Assembly: GCA_947085655.1 (NCBI GenBank)
Contig: CAMTXH010000007.1
Coordinates: 46,085 to 110,084, forward strand
DNA: 64,000 nucleotides
Reading direction: 5' to 3'
Origin: an uncultured Omnitrophica bacterium
Lineage (GTDB): Bacteria > Omnitrophota > Gorgyraeia > JACQQV01
In this document: piece after piece, positions 28,296 through 37,160 of the stretch
Layout: each line of letters starts with the position of its first letter
Position numbering within the stretch: the stretch's first letter is position 1
Translations under genes and position numbers: made by a program
Notes under the pieces: generated by a model
What the model was told of the DNA's origin: nothing
Databases searched by the model: none
What the model saw: only the letters and a program-made list of their open reading frames with translations

Positions 28296-28371
28296 GCAAA
28301 AGCCCATTTGTAACTCTTTATGAATCATAAAGATATAAAATCCCCCTCCCCTAAAGGCGGGAACAATCCCA

Positions 28372-28400
28372 TTGACAAAACCTCCCGCTTGTGATATACT
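28372..28400 (+). promoter_or_regulatory. Consensus sigma70 promoter of the pilin operon
   Basis: TTGACA, a 17-nt spacer (aaacctcccgcttgtga), then TATACT. About 145 nt upstream of the pilin ATG, implying a long 5' UTR. Confidence 0.45.
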
Positions 28401-28544
28401 CCCATATAGAAATTGGGGGTCAGGACTTATACTTAAATTTTGTAAGTGAGTGGCTTTTTCCGTTGCAGGTCTTACCTTACAAAGCACACCGAGTAACCAT
28501 CCTCCAATTTCCGTAACGCCAAACTCTACAAGGAGGTGAGAAAA

Positions 28545-28991
28545 ATGATACACCTTAAGTCGCGCAGAGGTTTCACCCTGGTTGAAATCATGATCGTTGT
28601 TGCAATTATCGCGTTATTGGCCGCGATCGCCATACCGAACCTTTTGCGGGCCCGTCACAATGCGAATGAGGCGGCATCCATCAGTGCGATGCGTTCTTTG
28701 AGCACGGCGATGGAGAGTTACCGGGCAGCCCAGACACCCCCGTCTTACCCAACGAACTTGGCAGCCCTCTCAAACTCGACACCGCCCTATATTGACACTG
28801 CATTGGCGGGTGCCACTGCTTCCGGATCCGCAAAGCAGGGATACTATTACACCTACTCCCGTGTGAACGCGAACCAATATACCGTGACATCCAGCCCAGC
28901 CGTTTCTGGGACAACCGGCTCGCGGGTGTTCTTCGTGGATGAATCAGGAGTGATCCGGTTAGACAGTGCAGGTGGTTCTCCAATCGAGTAA
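28545..28991 (+). CDS. pilA: Type IVa pilin (PilA-like), copy 1
   Basis: RBS AGGAGG. Leader 'MIHLKSRRG' then 'FTLVEIMIVVAIIALLAAIAIP' (class III signal; prepilin peptidase site G|F with E5). The mature protein is about 140 aa, has no Cys, and is Ser/Thr/Tyr-rich at its C-terminus. Confidence 0.8.
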   Translation: MIHLKSRRGFTLVEIMIVVAIIALLAAIAIPNLLRARHNANEAASISAMRSLSTAMESYRAAQTPPSYPTNLAALSNSTPPYIDTALAGATASGSAKQGYYYTYSRVNANQYTVTSSPAVSGTTGSRVFFVDESGVIRLDSAGGSPIE

Positions 28992-29014
28992 CGAACAAGA
29001 ATCATGTTCGGAAG

Positions 29015-29052
29015 GTGACGGGGTGAGGACCTTCATCCCGTCACTTTTTTTC
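29015..29052 (+). terminator. Intrinsic terminator between the two pilin genes
   Basis: Perfect 8-bp stem gtgacggg / cccgtcac followed by T8. Confidence 0.55.
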
Positions 29053-29081
29053 ATAAGAACGCCAACCCTTCTTGAGAAACA

Positions 29082-29546
29082 ATGATCTCTCACTCGAGAC
29101 GCACAGGACTTAAAGAAGGATTCACCCTTGTTGAGATCATGGTGGTGGTCGCAGTCATTGCCACCTTGATCGCGATTGCGGTTCCCTCGATGCTCCGCGC
29201 GCGAGTGAATGCGAATGAGGTGACGGCGATTGCCGGGTCACGGGCGATTGCGACCGGAAGCCAAAATTACTACAACAATGTGACGCCGCATACGTATCCG
29301 TCCGCTTTGAGCAGTTTGACAACCCCCGCCTCCGACCCGGCATATATCGACCCGGTGCTGGCATCAGGGACGCGACAGGGATATGAGTATACCTATAATT
29401 TGGTCGATGCAGAGCATTTTACGCTCAGTGCCAATCCAACCAGCCCCGGGAGAACGGGGGTAAGATACTTTTTCGTGGATGAAACAGGAGTCGTCCGAGC
29501 CAATGCCTCCGGGCCTGCTTCGGCAACCGATCCCCCTGTTGAATAA
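29082..29546 (+). CDS. Type IVa pilin, copy 2 (paralogue)
   Basis: 'MISHSRRTGLKEG|FTLVEIMVVVAVIATLIAIAVP'. C-terminus 'RYFFVDETGVVRANASG' parallels copy 1 'RVFFVDESGVIRLDSAG'. Cys-free. Confidence 0.8.
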   Translation: MISHSRRTGLKEGFTLVEIMVVVAVIATLIAIAVPSMLRARVNANEVTAIAGSRAIATGSQNYYNNVTPHTYPSALSSLTTPASDPAYIDPVLASGTRQGYEYTYNLVDAEHFTLSANPTSPGRTGVRYFFVDETGVVRANASGPASATDPPVE

Positions 29547-30615
29547 ACTGAGGATCCGGCCCCCCGCAATCAAGTGGCCGGCCCTTCGATTTCCTTTCTT
29601 CAAAACGGCACAGAAGAGACAAGCGGCCCGTTTTTTGGGTTTTGATGTCGGAAGCTACAGCGTCAAGTGGGTAGAAATCGAGTGCGCCCAAGAGACGAGA
29701 CTTGTCTCCTGCCATATCACCCCAGTTCCTCCCAACACCAGCCATGAAAATCGAGTCGCCATTCTGAAGGAAGCTGCGCGCTCTTTCAAGAGGGAGGCAC
29801 TTTCCATCCGGACCGCCATCCCGGGCCAATCGGTGATTGTCCGCTACCTTCACTTTCCGAAGATGAGCCGTGAAGAACTCCGCTCCCACGTTGCCTTCGA
29901 GGCAGACAAATACATCCCCTTCAATATTAAGGATGTTGTTCTGGACTGTCACATTTTAAGTGAGGCCAAGGAAGAATCAAAAATCCTTGCCTTAATTGTT
30001 GCCGCAAAAAAGGAGATCGTGGAGCAGCACCTTGCGATGCTGGAGGAAGCGGGGCTTGAGGCGGAAGTTTTGGACGTGGATACCTTTGCCGTCATCAACG
30101 CATTTGAGCATGCGATGGGAAACGCCCTGACAGGATGCCATTGCCTCATGGATATCGGTGCCAAAGCGACCAATGTCAGCGTTCTCCAGGGAACGTCGAG
30201 TTTTTTTTCCAGAAGCATCCCGATCGGCGGAACCGATTTCACACAGGCCATTTCCGAAAAATTAGATCTTGAAATGGTGGCAGCAGAAGTGGTAAAATGT
30301 AGGGGAGAAAAGAAAGAAGAAGAGCTTTTGAACCTGGTGGCAAGCCCCCTCGAGCACTTGATGAGGGAGGTGAAGGCTTCTCTAGACTATTTCGAAAATC
30401 AGTTTGACCAGCGGGTAGAACGGATCTATCTTTCCGGAGGGTCAAGCTGTCTGCGCGGCGTCGGCAGTGTCATACAGCAAAATGTTGGTTTTGAAGCCCT
30501 CTCGTGGAATCCGCTGAAGGGAGTTGTCATCCCGGATGAACTTCTTCCAAAGACGGACAAGATGAAGGGATCCCTGGCCGTTGCCGCCGGTTTGGCCTTA
30601 CGGAACCAGGAATGA
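29539..30615 (+). CDS. pilM: Type IV pilus assembly protein PilM (actin-like ATPase fold)
   Basis: 'LGFDVGSYSVKWVEIE', the characteristic PilM N-terminus. The start is uncertain, and I chose a TTG overlapping the pilin stop. The track ORF extends further upstream to 29479. Confidence 0.75.
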   Translation: MNKLRIRPPAIKWPALRFPFFKTAQKRQAARFLGFDVGSYSVKWVEIECAQETRLVSCHITPVPPNTSHENRVAILKEAARSFKREALSIRTAIPGQSVIVRYLHFPKMSREELRSHVAFEADKYIPFNIKDVVLDCHILSEAKEESKILALIVAAKKEIVEQHLAMLEEAGLEAEVLDVDTFAVINAFEHAMGNALTGCHCLMDIGAKATNVSVLQGTSSFFSRSIPIGGTDFTQAISEKLDLEMVAAEVVKCRGEKKEEELLNLVASPLEHLMREVKASLDYFENQFDQRVERIYLSGGSSCLRGVGSVIQQNVGFEALSWNPLKGVVIPDELLPKTDKMKGSLAVAAGLALRNQE

Positions 30616-31286
30616 TTACCCTTGATCTCCTTCCGCCTGAACGCCGGCGCAAAAAAGAGGCAAAATCGGGAACTTCCCTCCAATGGCTGGGGAAGTATTC
30701 CGTTTCGTTTGTCTCCAAGATTCCGTTTCGGCTCCTCTATCTTTATGTCGGGGGTGCATGTCTTGCGCTCTATACGTTTGTTTTCTTCGGGGGTCTGGTG
30801 AGCGGCGCCACACTGAGGGGACTCCGGAGAGAGTGGGAAAAAATTGCTCCTGAGCGGGAAAGGGTCAATCGGGTTTCGAAGGAGTACCAGGAACTCGAGG
30901 TTGCGGAAAAAGCCCTTGAAAAATTGGAAAACCCCTTCCAATGGTCCCGGAAGCTCCAGGAACTGAGCGATTCCATGGTACACGGGGTCTGGCTTCAAGA
31001 GCTCTCCGTAGGGAGGCGCCGGAAGGAACTTCCTGTGGGAAGCGAAGCGGGTGCAGAGTCGTCGCTTGAGGAACGGCTTCTGATTTTGACTGGATCAGCC
31101 GCTTCTCCCAAGGGGGACCATACGGCGATCGTGGCCCGTTTTATCCGGAGTCTGAAGGAAAACGAGGGTTTTTTCGCCGATTTCACGGAGGTGGAACTTG
31201 AATCCATCAAGCGACGCACCATCCATGAGCTGGAAGTGATGGACTTCAAAATTATCTGTACCTTCCGGGAGGGAATCCTTGATTAA
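30612..31286 (+). CDS. pilN: PilN
   Basis: 'MITLDLLPPERRRKK' (the INLLP motif) followed by a single TM. ATGA overlap with pilM. Confidence 0.7.
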   Translation: MITLDLLPPERRRKKEAKSGTSLQWLGKYSVSFVSKIPFRLLYLYVGGACLALYTFVFFGGLVSGATLRGLRREWEKIAPERERVNRVSKEYQELEVAEKALEKLENPFQWSRKLQELSDSMVHGVWLQELSVGRRRKELPVGSEAGAESSLEERLLILTGSAASPKGDHTAIVARFIRSLKENEGFFADFTEVELESIKRRTIHELEVMDFKIICTFREGILD

Positions 31287-31851
31287 AAATACGCTGACGG
31301 ATCCGGAGAAAAAGAAGATATTTCTGGTGGGGGGAGTAGCGATCGTAGTTCTCTTTGTGTACTTCCAACTTCTTTTGGGACCGGCGCTGGGCCGGATCGG
31401 CAGAGTGCGCTCAGAGGCACGGCAACTCCGTCAGAGTCTGAAGGCGGTTCAAGCGGGTCTTAGCCAGCTTCCCCAAATGGAGAAAAAAACGACCCGTCTC
31501 CGGGAGAAAGTCAGGATGGCAGAGGACCATTTCCCGAGCAAGTTGGAACTGCCGGAACTCTTGGAGCGTCTCTCGGAGGTTGCGGAAACGTCCGACGTGA
31601 AGATTGTTGAGATTGAACCCACAAAGCCCCTTTCTTTGGAGTCAGGGGGTGACCAGCCCCTTTATGAGGAAGTGCCGATTGCCTTGAATGCAAAAAGCGG
31701 CTATCATGAGTTGGGACTCTTTATCAACCAGCTTGAGAACTCCAAACGGTATTTCGTCGTAAAGGACATTCGCATCAAAAAGGATTCTTCCGACTCAAAG
31801 AGGCATCATGTGGACTTGGTGCTGCAGACGTTTGTACGCGCAAATCCTTGA
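31279..31851 (+). CDS. pilO: PilO
   Basis: N-terminal TM followed by a coiled coil. Position between pilN and pilP. Confidence 0.65.
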   Translation: MIKNTLTDPEKKKIFLVGGVAIVVLFVYFQLLLGPALGRIGRVRSEARQLRQSLKAVQAGLSQLPQMEKKTTRLREKVRMAEDHFPSKLELPELLERLSEVAETSDVKIVEIEPTKPLSLESGGDQPLYEEVPIALNAKSGYHELGLFINQLENSKRYFVVKDIRIKKDSSDSKRHHVDLVLQTFVRANP

Positions 31852-31855
31852 TCGA

Positions 31856-32191
31856 TTGTTCGTGGCGGTGGTGATTTTGACGGTGATGGGAACTGAGAGT
31901 TTCGCAGGAGAAAAGTTTGTTTATGAAAAGCGGAACCGTGATCCCTTTCAATCCCTCGTCACAGAAGACGGGAAACTTCTTTTTGGGTCCGGTATCCTTT
32001 CGCTTGAAGATGTATACCTCGAAGGGATTGTATGGGATCCTAACGGGGAATCCGTCGCGATGATCAACGGGATGATTTTAAGGCAGGGGGATCGCATCGG
32101 CGATCTGCAGATTTTAAAGATCGAAAGCGACCGCGTGGTTCTTGAAGCGGATGGAGAAGAGCGGTCACTCCTTTTGCAGGAGGAATTTTAG
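31856..32191 (+). CDS. pilP: PilP (lipoprotein-like)
   Basis: I chose the TTG or GTG start just after the pilO stop. It gives a signal peptide 'FVAVVILTVMGTESFA' followed by 'KRNRDPFQSLV' (the PilP RDPF motif). The track ORF starts at 31808 and overlaps pilO. Confidence 0.55.
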   Translation: MFVAVVILTVMGTESFAGEKFVYEKRNRDPFQSLVTEDGKLLFGSGILSLEDVYLEGIVWDPNGESVAMINGMILRQGDRIGDLQILKIESDRVVLEADGEERSLLLQEEF

Positions 32192-32207
32192 TTTGAAAGG
32201 AGGCACC

Positions 32208-33788
32208 ATGGTCCTCTGGGAACGGAAAGGATGGGGGAGAGGATTTATTTTGTGCTGGCTGATTCTAGGAGTTTTCTCTTTTCCGGTCATCGGGCAAGAA
32301 GAGATGGAAGAAAAACCCGAGACGGTGGCACCGGCTCCGGTTCAGGAGGAAAAGCCCGCTATTGTTGAAACCAGCCCCGGAAACATCACCATGGATTTCA
32401 AGGACGCAGACATCAACAATGTTCTCAGGATTCTCTCCTATAAAAGCGGTGTCAATATCGTGACCGGACAGGATGTCCAGGGGTTGGTGACCATCCGGCT
32501 GACCGATGTCCCTTGGGAGAAGGCACTGGATGTGATCCTGAGGACTTACGGCTTTGCCTACGAACGGGAGGGGAACATCATCCGGGTCACGACAGTGGAG
32601 AATCTTGAGAAGGAAGAACTGTCGACAGAGGTCTTTGTGCTGAATTATGCGAAGGCCTCCGAAGTGATTGAATCGGTTCGGGACATTTTGAGCGAACGGG
32701 GAAGGGTCCGTCACGACGAAAGGACGAACGTACTGATTGTGACCGACATCCCGACCAATATCTACAAAATCGGCCAGGTCATTCAGCGGCTCGACAAACG
32801 GACCCCCCAGGTTTTGATTGACGCCAAGGTCGTGGAGACGACGCTGGATAACGACGAAAAACTCGGAATTGACTGGAGTATTCAGGTGGCGGCAAGAGGG
32901 GCGGCCAGGCCGCACACGTTCCCGTTCCCGCAGGACACCATTGGCCGCACCTTTGGCCCTCAGGGTCAGACCCAGGCGCAGACATCCGTGACGACGACCC
33001 AGGGAGGTTCACAGACAGCCACGCAAACGGACTTTCCGACCCGCTTCGGCTTCCCCTTTATCCAGCCGGAGGCCTTCACCTTTGGCACGCTAGGGTTTGA
33101 CCAGTTTTCCACTATCCTTGAAGTTTTGAAGTCGCGGCGGGATACCAAGGTTCTTTCGAATCCGAGAATCACGACGCTCAATAACCAAACCGCGTCGATT
33201 TTGGTGGGGGAGGTCCTTGCGATTCCGATTTTTGAGCGGAATGAGAACACGGGCAGTATCGAAATCACCGGTTATGACGAGAAAGACCTTGGGATTAAAC
33301 TTTCCGTCACTCCCCATGTGAATAACGAGGGGATGATCCTGGTGGAAATGAAGCCCGAAATCACCTCTCTTTTAGGTTTTGATGAATTAACGCCAGAAGT
33401 AAAGGCTCCCCGTTTTGCAAGCCGGGAGGCAGAGACCCAGGTGCTTGTCAAAGACGGCGATACCATCGCCATCGGGGGGCTTGTTTCTGAAAATGAAGTT
33501 GATTCTGTGCGTAAGGTCCCACTTTTTGGAGATATTCCGGGTCTCGGCTACTTCTTCAGTCAGAAGACCAGGACCAAAGATAAAACCGATCTCCTTTTCT
33601 TTGTGACGGTCCATATCGTATCCGACGAAGACTTTGACGCAGCCAAACAGACGGCCAAGCACCTGCAGGAGTCTAGCATTGCGGAACTCCGCAAAGCGCC
33701 TGTTGGGGTCCCTGTTTCGCTCGAAAGAGAAGGTCGGATTCAGGAAGGGTACCTCGGGAAAGAGAAGTCTCACTCTTCCGAGCCGTAA
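32208..33788 (+). CDS. pilQ: Type IV pilus secretin PilQ
   Basis: RBS GAAAGGAGG. Signal peptide, AMIN/N0-like N-terminal domains, and the secretin C-terminal domain ('VLSNPRITTLNNQTASILVGEV ... GDTIAIGGL ... KVPLFGDIPGLGYFF'). Confidence 0.85.
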   Translation: MVLWERKGWGRGFILCWLILGVFSFPVIGQEEMEEKPETVAPAPVQEEKPAIVETSPGNITMDFKDADINNVLRILSYKSGVNIVTGQDVQGLVTIRLTDVPWEKALDVILRTYGFAYEREGNIIRVTTVENLEKEELSTEVFVLNYAKASEVIESVRDILSERGRVRHDERTNVLIVTDIPTNIYKIGQVIQRLDKRTPQVLIDAKVVETTLDNDEKLGIDWSIQVAARGAARPHTFPFPQDTIGRTFGPQGQTQAQTSVTTTQGGSQTATQTDFPTRFGFPFIQPEAFTFGTLGFDQFSTILEVLKSRRDTKVLSNPRITTLNNQTASILVGEVLAIPIFERNENTGSIEITGYDEKDLGIKLSVTPHVNNEGMILVEMKPEITSLLGFDELTPEVKAPRFASREAETQVLVKDGDTIAIGGLVSENEVDSVRKVPLFGDIPGLGYFFSQKTRTKDKTDLLFFVTVHIVSDEDFDAAKQTAKHLQESSIAELRKAPVGVPVSLEREGRIQEGYLGKEKSHSSEP

Positions 33789-33821
33789 CAAAACCGGTTT
33801 TACTCTCCTTACCACAGAATC

Positions 33822-33862
33822 ACCCCTGTCAAGTGACAAAGACAGGGGAGGTCTGTGGTTTT
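33822..33862 (+). terminator. Intrinsic terminator after pilQ
   Basis: Stem cccctgtc / gacagggg with a downstream T-run (ggttttttatttg). Confidence 0.5.
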
Positions 33863-33923
33863 TTATTTGAGCACGTGACTCATGGAGTTCGTCAGGACGA
33901 CGTAAGTCACTGTGCGAAAATAA

Positions 33924-33975
33924 CCCCGCCCTTTTAGCGGGTTGCATAAAAGAACCGTTCTGCTAAAAGGGCGGG
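33924..33975 (+). promoter_or_regulatory. Perfect 15-bp inverted repeat (large hairpin) in the rng upstream leader
   Basis: ccccgcccttttagc ... gctaaaagggcgggg with a 22-nt loop and no T-run after it. A second imperfect inverted repeat (cacgtgactc ... gtaagtcactgtg) lies just upstream at about 33871-33913. Confidence 0.4.
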
Positions 33976-34045
33976 GTCAAATTCGGACATACAACTTACA
34001 TCGCCTGCGGCTCCGTAAGTTGTGTCCTCATTTGAGGTGACATCC

Positions 34046-35554
34046 ATGTCAAAAGAAATTTTAATCAGTGCTGAAGAGCAGGAAATCCGGATCGCCGTCC
34101 TGGAAAAGGGGCGACTGGAAGAATATTACGTTGAACGCCGCACCCAGGATCAACTCATGGGGAATGTGTACAAGGGGAAAGTCGACTCCATCCTCCCTGG
34201 AATCGGCGCGGCATTCGTCAGTTTGGGGTTGGAGCGGAACGGGTTTCTCTATCTGTCGGATGTGGCAAGCCCCCACACCCTTTTTGACGAGGAGACGGAG
34301 GAGTCCGAGGCCCGGAAAGAGAACGGACGGGATAACCGGTCCCTTGCCGAGAAAGGGGCGGCCCTTTTGAAAAAGGGGGAGGATCTTTTGATTCAAGTGG
34401 TCAAAGAACCCTTCGGAAGGAAAGGGGCGCGGCTCACGACCCACGTCTCGCTTCCGGGGCGGTATCTGGTCGCGATGCCTTACAGCGCTCATGTGGGGGT
34501 TTCAAAGCGGATTCATGATCCGCGCGAACGGGAACGGCTCCGGACTCTTCTGAACGGGCTCCCGCTTCCGAAGGACATGGGATTTATTGTCCGGACGGCG
34601 GGAGAGGGAAAGGGGAAAAAGGAATTTGCCCGGGATGTCCGGTATCTGACGACGCTTTGGCGGCGGATTGAGAGCAAATCCAGGAAAGTTCAGTCCCCTT
34701 TCCTGATTCATGAGGAACATGATTTGGTTCTCCGGATGGTTCGGGATTCCCTTTCGGAGGAGATTGACAAGGTTTATGTCGACTCCAAGGCGGAGTATAA
34801 AAAAGCGCTCCACTTTGTCCACTCCATCGCCCCAGACCTTCAGTCCCGGCTTGTGTATTATCAGGAAAAAACACCCCTTTTCGAGAAAAGAGGGATTGAG
34901 GATGACATTGAAAGAATCTACAGCCGGCGGGTCTTTCTCAAAAGCGGGGCCTATATCGTGATTCAGAAAACTGAAGGACTGGTGGCGATCGATGTCAATA
35001 CCGGCAAGTACACCGGTAAGAAAAGACAGGAGGACACCGCCTTCAGAACAAATCTGGAGGCGGCGGAAGAGATTGCAAGACAGGTCCGTCTCCGGGACAT
35101 CGGCGGGATCATTGTCATTGACTTTATTGACATGGTGATGGAGGAACACCGGCGCCAGCTATTCCGGTTGCTGGTGGATGCCTTCCGGCGGGACCGGGCC
35201 AAAACCAACATCCTCTCCATTTCCGAAATCGGCGTTGTGGAGATGACCCGGCAGCGGATGCGACAGGATCCGGAAAGCGTTTCCCATCAGTTTTGCCCCT
35301 ATTGTCAGGGGAGGGGGATGGTTAAAAGTGTAGAGACGATGACCATTCTGGCCCTTCGGGAGACACGGCGGTTTTTCGTTCAGATGGGAAGAGAAACGGA
35401 GGCGATCCTGACAGTGCATCCGGATGTGGCCATGACCCTTTTAAAGAACGACCGCCGCGCCCTCAATGCCATAGAGCGCCAGTTTCACTGCCGGGTCATC
35501 CTTTGCGAAGACCCGAAGTCGCATCTGGAGGATGTCAAGATCACACCGGTCTAA
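34046..35554 (+). CDS. rng: Ribonuclease G/E family (Rng/CafA-like)
   Basis: ATG after RBS GAGGTGA. S1 domain 'GNVYKGKVDSILPGIGAAFVSLGLERNGFLYLSDV', the RNase E/G catalytic core (DNase-I-like region, 'IVIDFIDM') and a Zn-link 'CPYCQGRG'. About 500 aa, no scaffold tail, so G-type. Confidence 0.8.
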   Translation: MSKEILISAEEQEIRIAVLEKGRLEEYYVERRTQDQLMGNVYKGKVDSILPGIGAAFVSLGLERNGFLYLSDVASPHTLFDEETEESEARKENGRDNRSLAEKGAALLKKGEDLLIQVVKEPFGRKGARLTTHVSLPGRYLVAMPYSAHVGVSKRIHDPRERERLRTLLNGLPLPKDMGFIVRTAGEGKGKKEFARDVRYLTTLWRRIESKSRKVQSPFLIHEEHDLVLRMVRDSLSEEIDKVYVDSKAEYKKALHFVHSIAPDLQSRLVYYQEKTPLFEKRGIEDDIERIYSRRVFLKSGAYIVIQKTEGLVAIDVNTGKYTGKKRQEDTAFRTNLEAAEEIARQVRLRDIGGIIVIDFIDMVMEEHRRQLFRLLVDAFRRDRAKTNILSISEIGVVEMTRQRMRQDPESVSHQFCPYCQGRGMVKSVETMTILALRETRRFFVQMGRETEAILTVHPDVAMTLLKNDRRALNAIERQFHCRVILCEDPKSHLEDVKITPV

Positions 35555-35566
35555 CCGGCCATCCCA

Positions 35567-35595
35567 TTGACACTTGCGGCCGGTTTTGGTAGAGT
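35567..35595 (+). promoter_or_regulatory. Putative sigma70 promoter of the rplU-rpmA-obg operon
   Basis: TTGACA, a 17-nt spacer, then TAGAGT, about 15 nt before the rplU ATG. Confidence 0.4.
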
Positions 35596-35611
35596 AAGGG
35601 CGGAGGTTTTC

Positions 35612-35944
35612 ATGGGTTACGTCATTGTGGAAACAGGTGGAAAACAATATAAGGTCTCCCAAGGGGACACCCTTTTGGTGGAGAAAATAGAGGGGGAAAA
35701 GGGGAGCTCTGTCAAGCTGGACAGGGTTCTGCTGGTCAGCGACAACAAAAAGGTTCATATCGGGAAACCCTACCTTCCCGGCTCTCATCTGGTCTGTGAG
35801 GTTCTGGGTCAGGTGCGAGGGGAGAAGGTCACTTCGCTTAAGTTCCGCCGGAGAAAGGGGTATCGGCGGAAATGGGGTCATCGCCAGTCTCTCACCCATT
35901 TGAAAGTGAAGGAGACGGTTTTAGCCAAGAAAGTGACGGAGTAA
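35612..35944 (+). CDS. rplU: 50S ribosomal protein L21
   Basis: '[26 protein letters not shown] ...', a canonical bL21. Confidence 0.9.
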   Translation: MGYVIVETGGKQYKVSQGDTLLVEKIEGEKGSSVKLDRVLLVSDNKKVHIGKPYLPGSHLVCEVLGQVRGEKVTSLKFRRRKGYRRKWGHRQSLTHLKVKETVLAKKVTE

Positions 35945-35945
35945 A

Positions 35946-36185
35946 ATGGCACATAAAAAAGGTCAATCCAGTTCACAAAACGGACGTGAATCCCACTCCA
36001 AGCGGCTCGGTTTGAAGCATTTCGGGGGCGAGTGGGTCACGGCAGGGTCGATCCTCGTCCGCCAACGGGGAACCCGCTTTAAGCCGGGTCTCAATGTGGG
36101 GCGGGGGAGGGATGATACGCTTTTCGCCAAAATGGACGGCAAGGTCCTTTTTTCAGGCAATCGCATCGTCTCCGTCCGCCCGTGA
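35946..36185 (+). CDS. rpmA: 50S ribosomal protein L27
   Basis: '[61 protein letters not shown]'. Confidence 0.9.
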   Translation: MAHKKGQSSSQNGRESHSKRLGLKHFGGEWVTAGSILVRQRGTRFKPGLNVGRGRDDTLFAKMDGKVLFSGNRIVSVRP

Positions 36186-37160
36186 ATGTTTGTCGACACC
36201 GCCAAAATCAGGGTGACGGCCGGTCATGGGGGGAGAGGATGCCAGAGCTTCCTACGGATCGACCCGCGCAAAAAAAAGCCCACCGGCGGTGACGGGGGAA
36301 AAGGGGGCGATGTCCTCTTCCAGGTGAATCCCGCCGTTGACACCCTCCTTGATTTTTATTACCTGCGCCATTTCCGGGCTGAAGCCGGTTCACCCGGGGG
36401 TTCCAACAATAAACAAGGAAAACAGGCAAAGGACCTGATCCTCAAGGTTCCGGCAGGGACCATTGTCATCGATGCGGAGACCGGCCTCAAACTTCGGGAC
36501 CTCAGAGACCCCGATGAAAGCGTCATCGTTGTGAAAGGGGGCGCCGGCGGGAAGGGAAATGCCGGCGGAAAAGTTGCAACGAAAGGGGAACCGGGGGAAG
36601 AACGGGAAGTCATCCTCGAGCTTCGGCTCATCGCAGACTGCGGAATTGTGGGACTTCCCAATGTGGGGAAATCGACCCTCCTTTCCAAGCTGACCAGTGC
36701 CCATCCCAAGATAGCCGATTACCCTTTTACCACCAAAAACCCCCAACTCGGTGTGATGGCGGACAAAAAGAGGGATTGGAACCTTGTCATCGCAGACATT
36801 CCCGGCCTGATCGAAGGGGCCCATTCCGGGAGGGGCCTGGGGGATCGGTTTTTGAGGCATATTGAGCGGACCTCTTTTTTAGTTCATCTGGTTGATATGT
36901 CGGCCCGGAAACCGGTTGAAGATTACGAGATTCTCAAGCAGGAACTTTCATGTTACGGCCAAGGCCTTTCCAAGAAACCGGAGATCCTGGTGGGGAACAA
37001 GATGGACCTTCCGGGAACAGAGGAAAAATTGACCCTCTTTCAAAAGAGCGTCCGGAAGCGGGTCATTCCCATTTCGGCCCGTTCCGGAATGGGGTTGGAT
37101 CTTTTGGCGGATGCCATCTTTCGCATGTATGGAGAAGAAAAGAGAGTTCGGCAAAATTAA
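36186..37160 (+). CDS. obg: GTPase Obg/CgtA
   Basis: 'MFVDTAKIRVTAGHGGRGCQSFLR ... GGKGGDV' Obg fold followed by a G-domain ('GLPNVGKSTLL', 'DIPGLIEGA', 'NKMD'). Confidence 0.9.
   Translation: MFVDTAKIRVTAGHGGRGCQSFLRIDPRKKKPTGGDGGKGGDVLFQVNPAVDTLLDFYYLRHFRAEAGSPGGSNNKQGKQAKDLILKVPAGTIVIDAETGLKLRDLRDPDESVIVVKGGAGGKGNAGGKVATKGEPGEEREVILELRLIADCGIVGLPNVGKSTLLSKLTSAHPKIADYPFTTKNPQLGVMADKKRDWNLVIADIPGLIEGAHSGRGLGDRFLRHIERTSFLVHLVDMSARKPVEDYEILKQELSCYGQGLSKKPEILVGNKMDLPGTEEKLTLFQKSVRKRVIPISARSGMGLDLLADAIFRMYGEEKRVRQN

Noticed and set aside
28440-28470. Possible sigma54 (-24/-12) promoter TGGCtttttccgtTGCa in the pilin leader.
   Set aside because: GG to GC spacing is 11 instead of 10, and the -24 element lacks the CAC. 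A consensus sigma70 promoter lies just upstream. Kept only as a remark.
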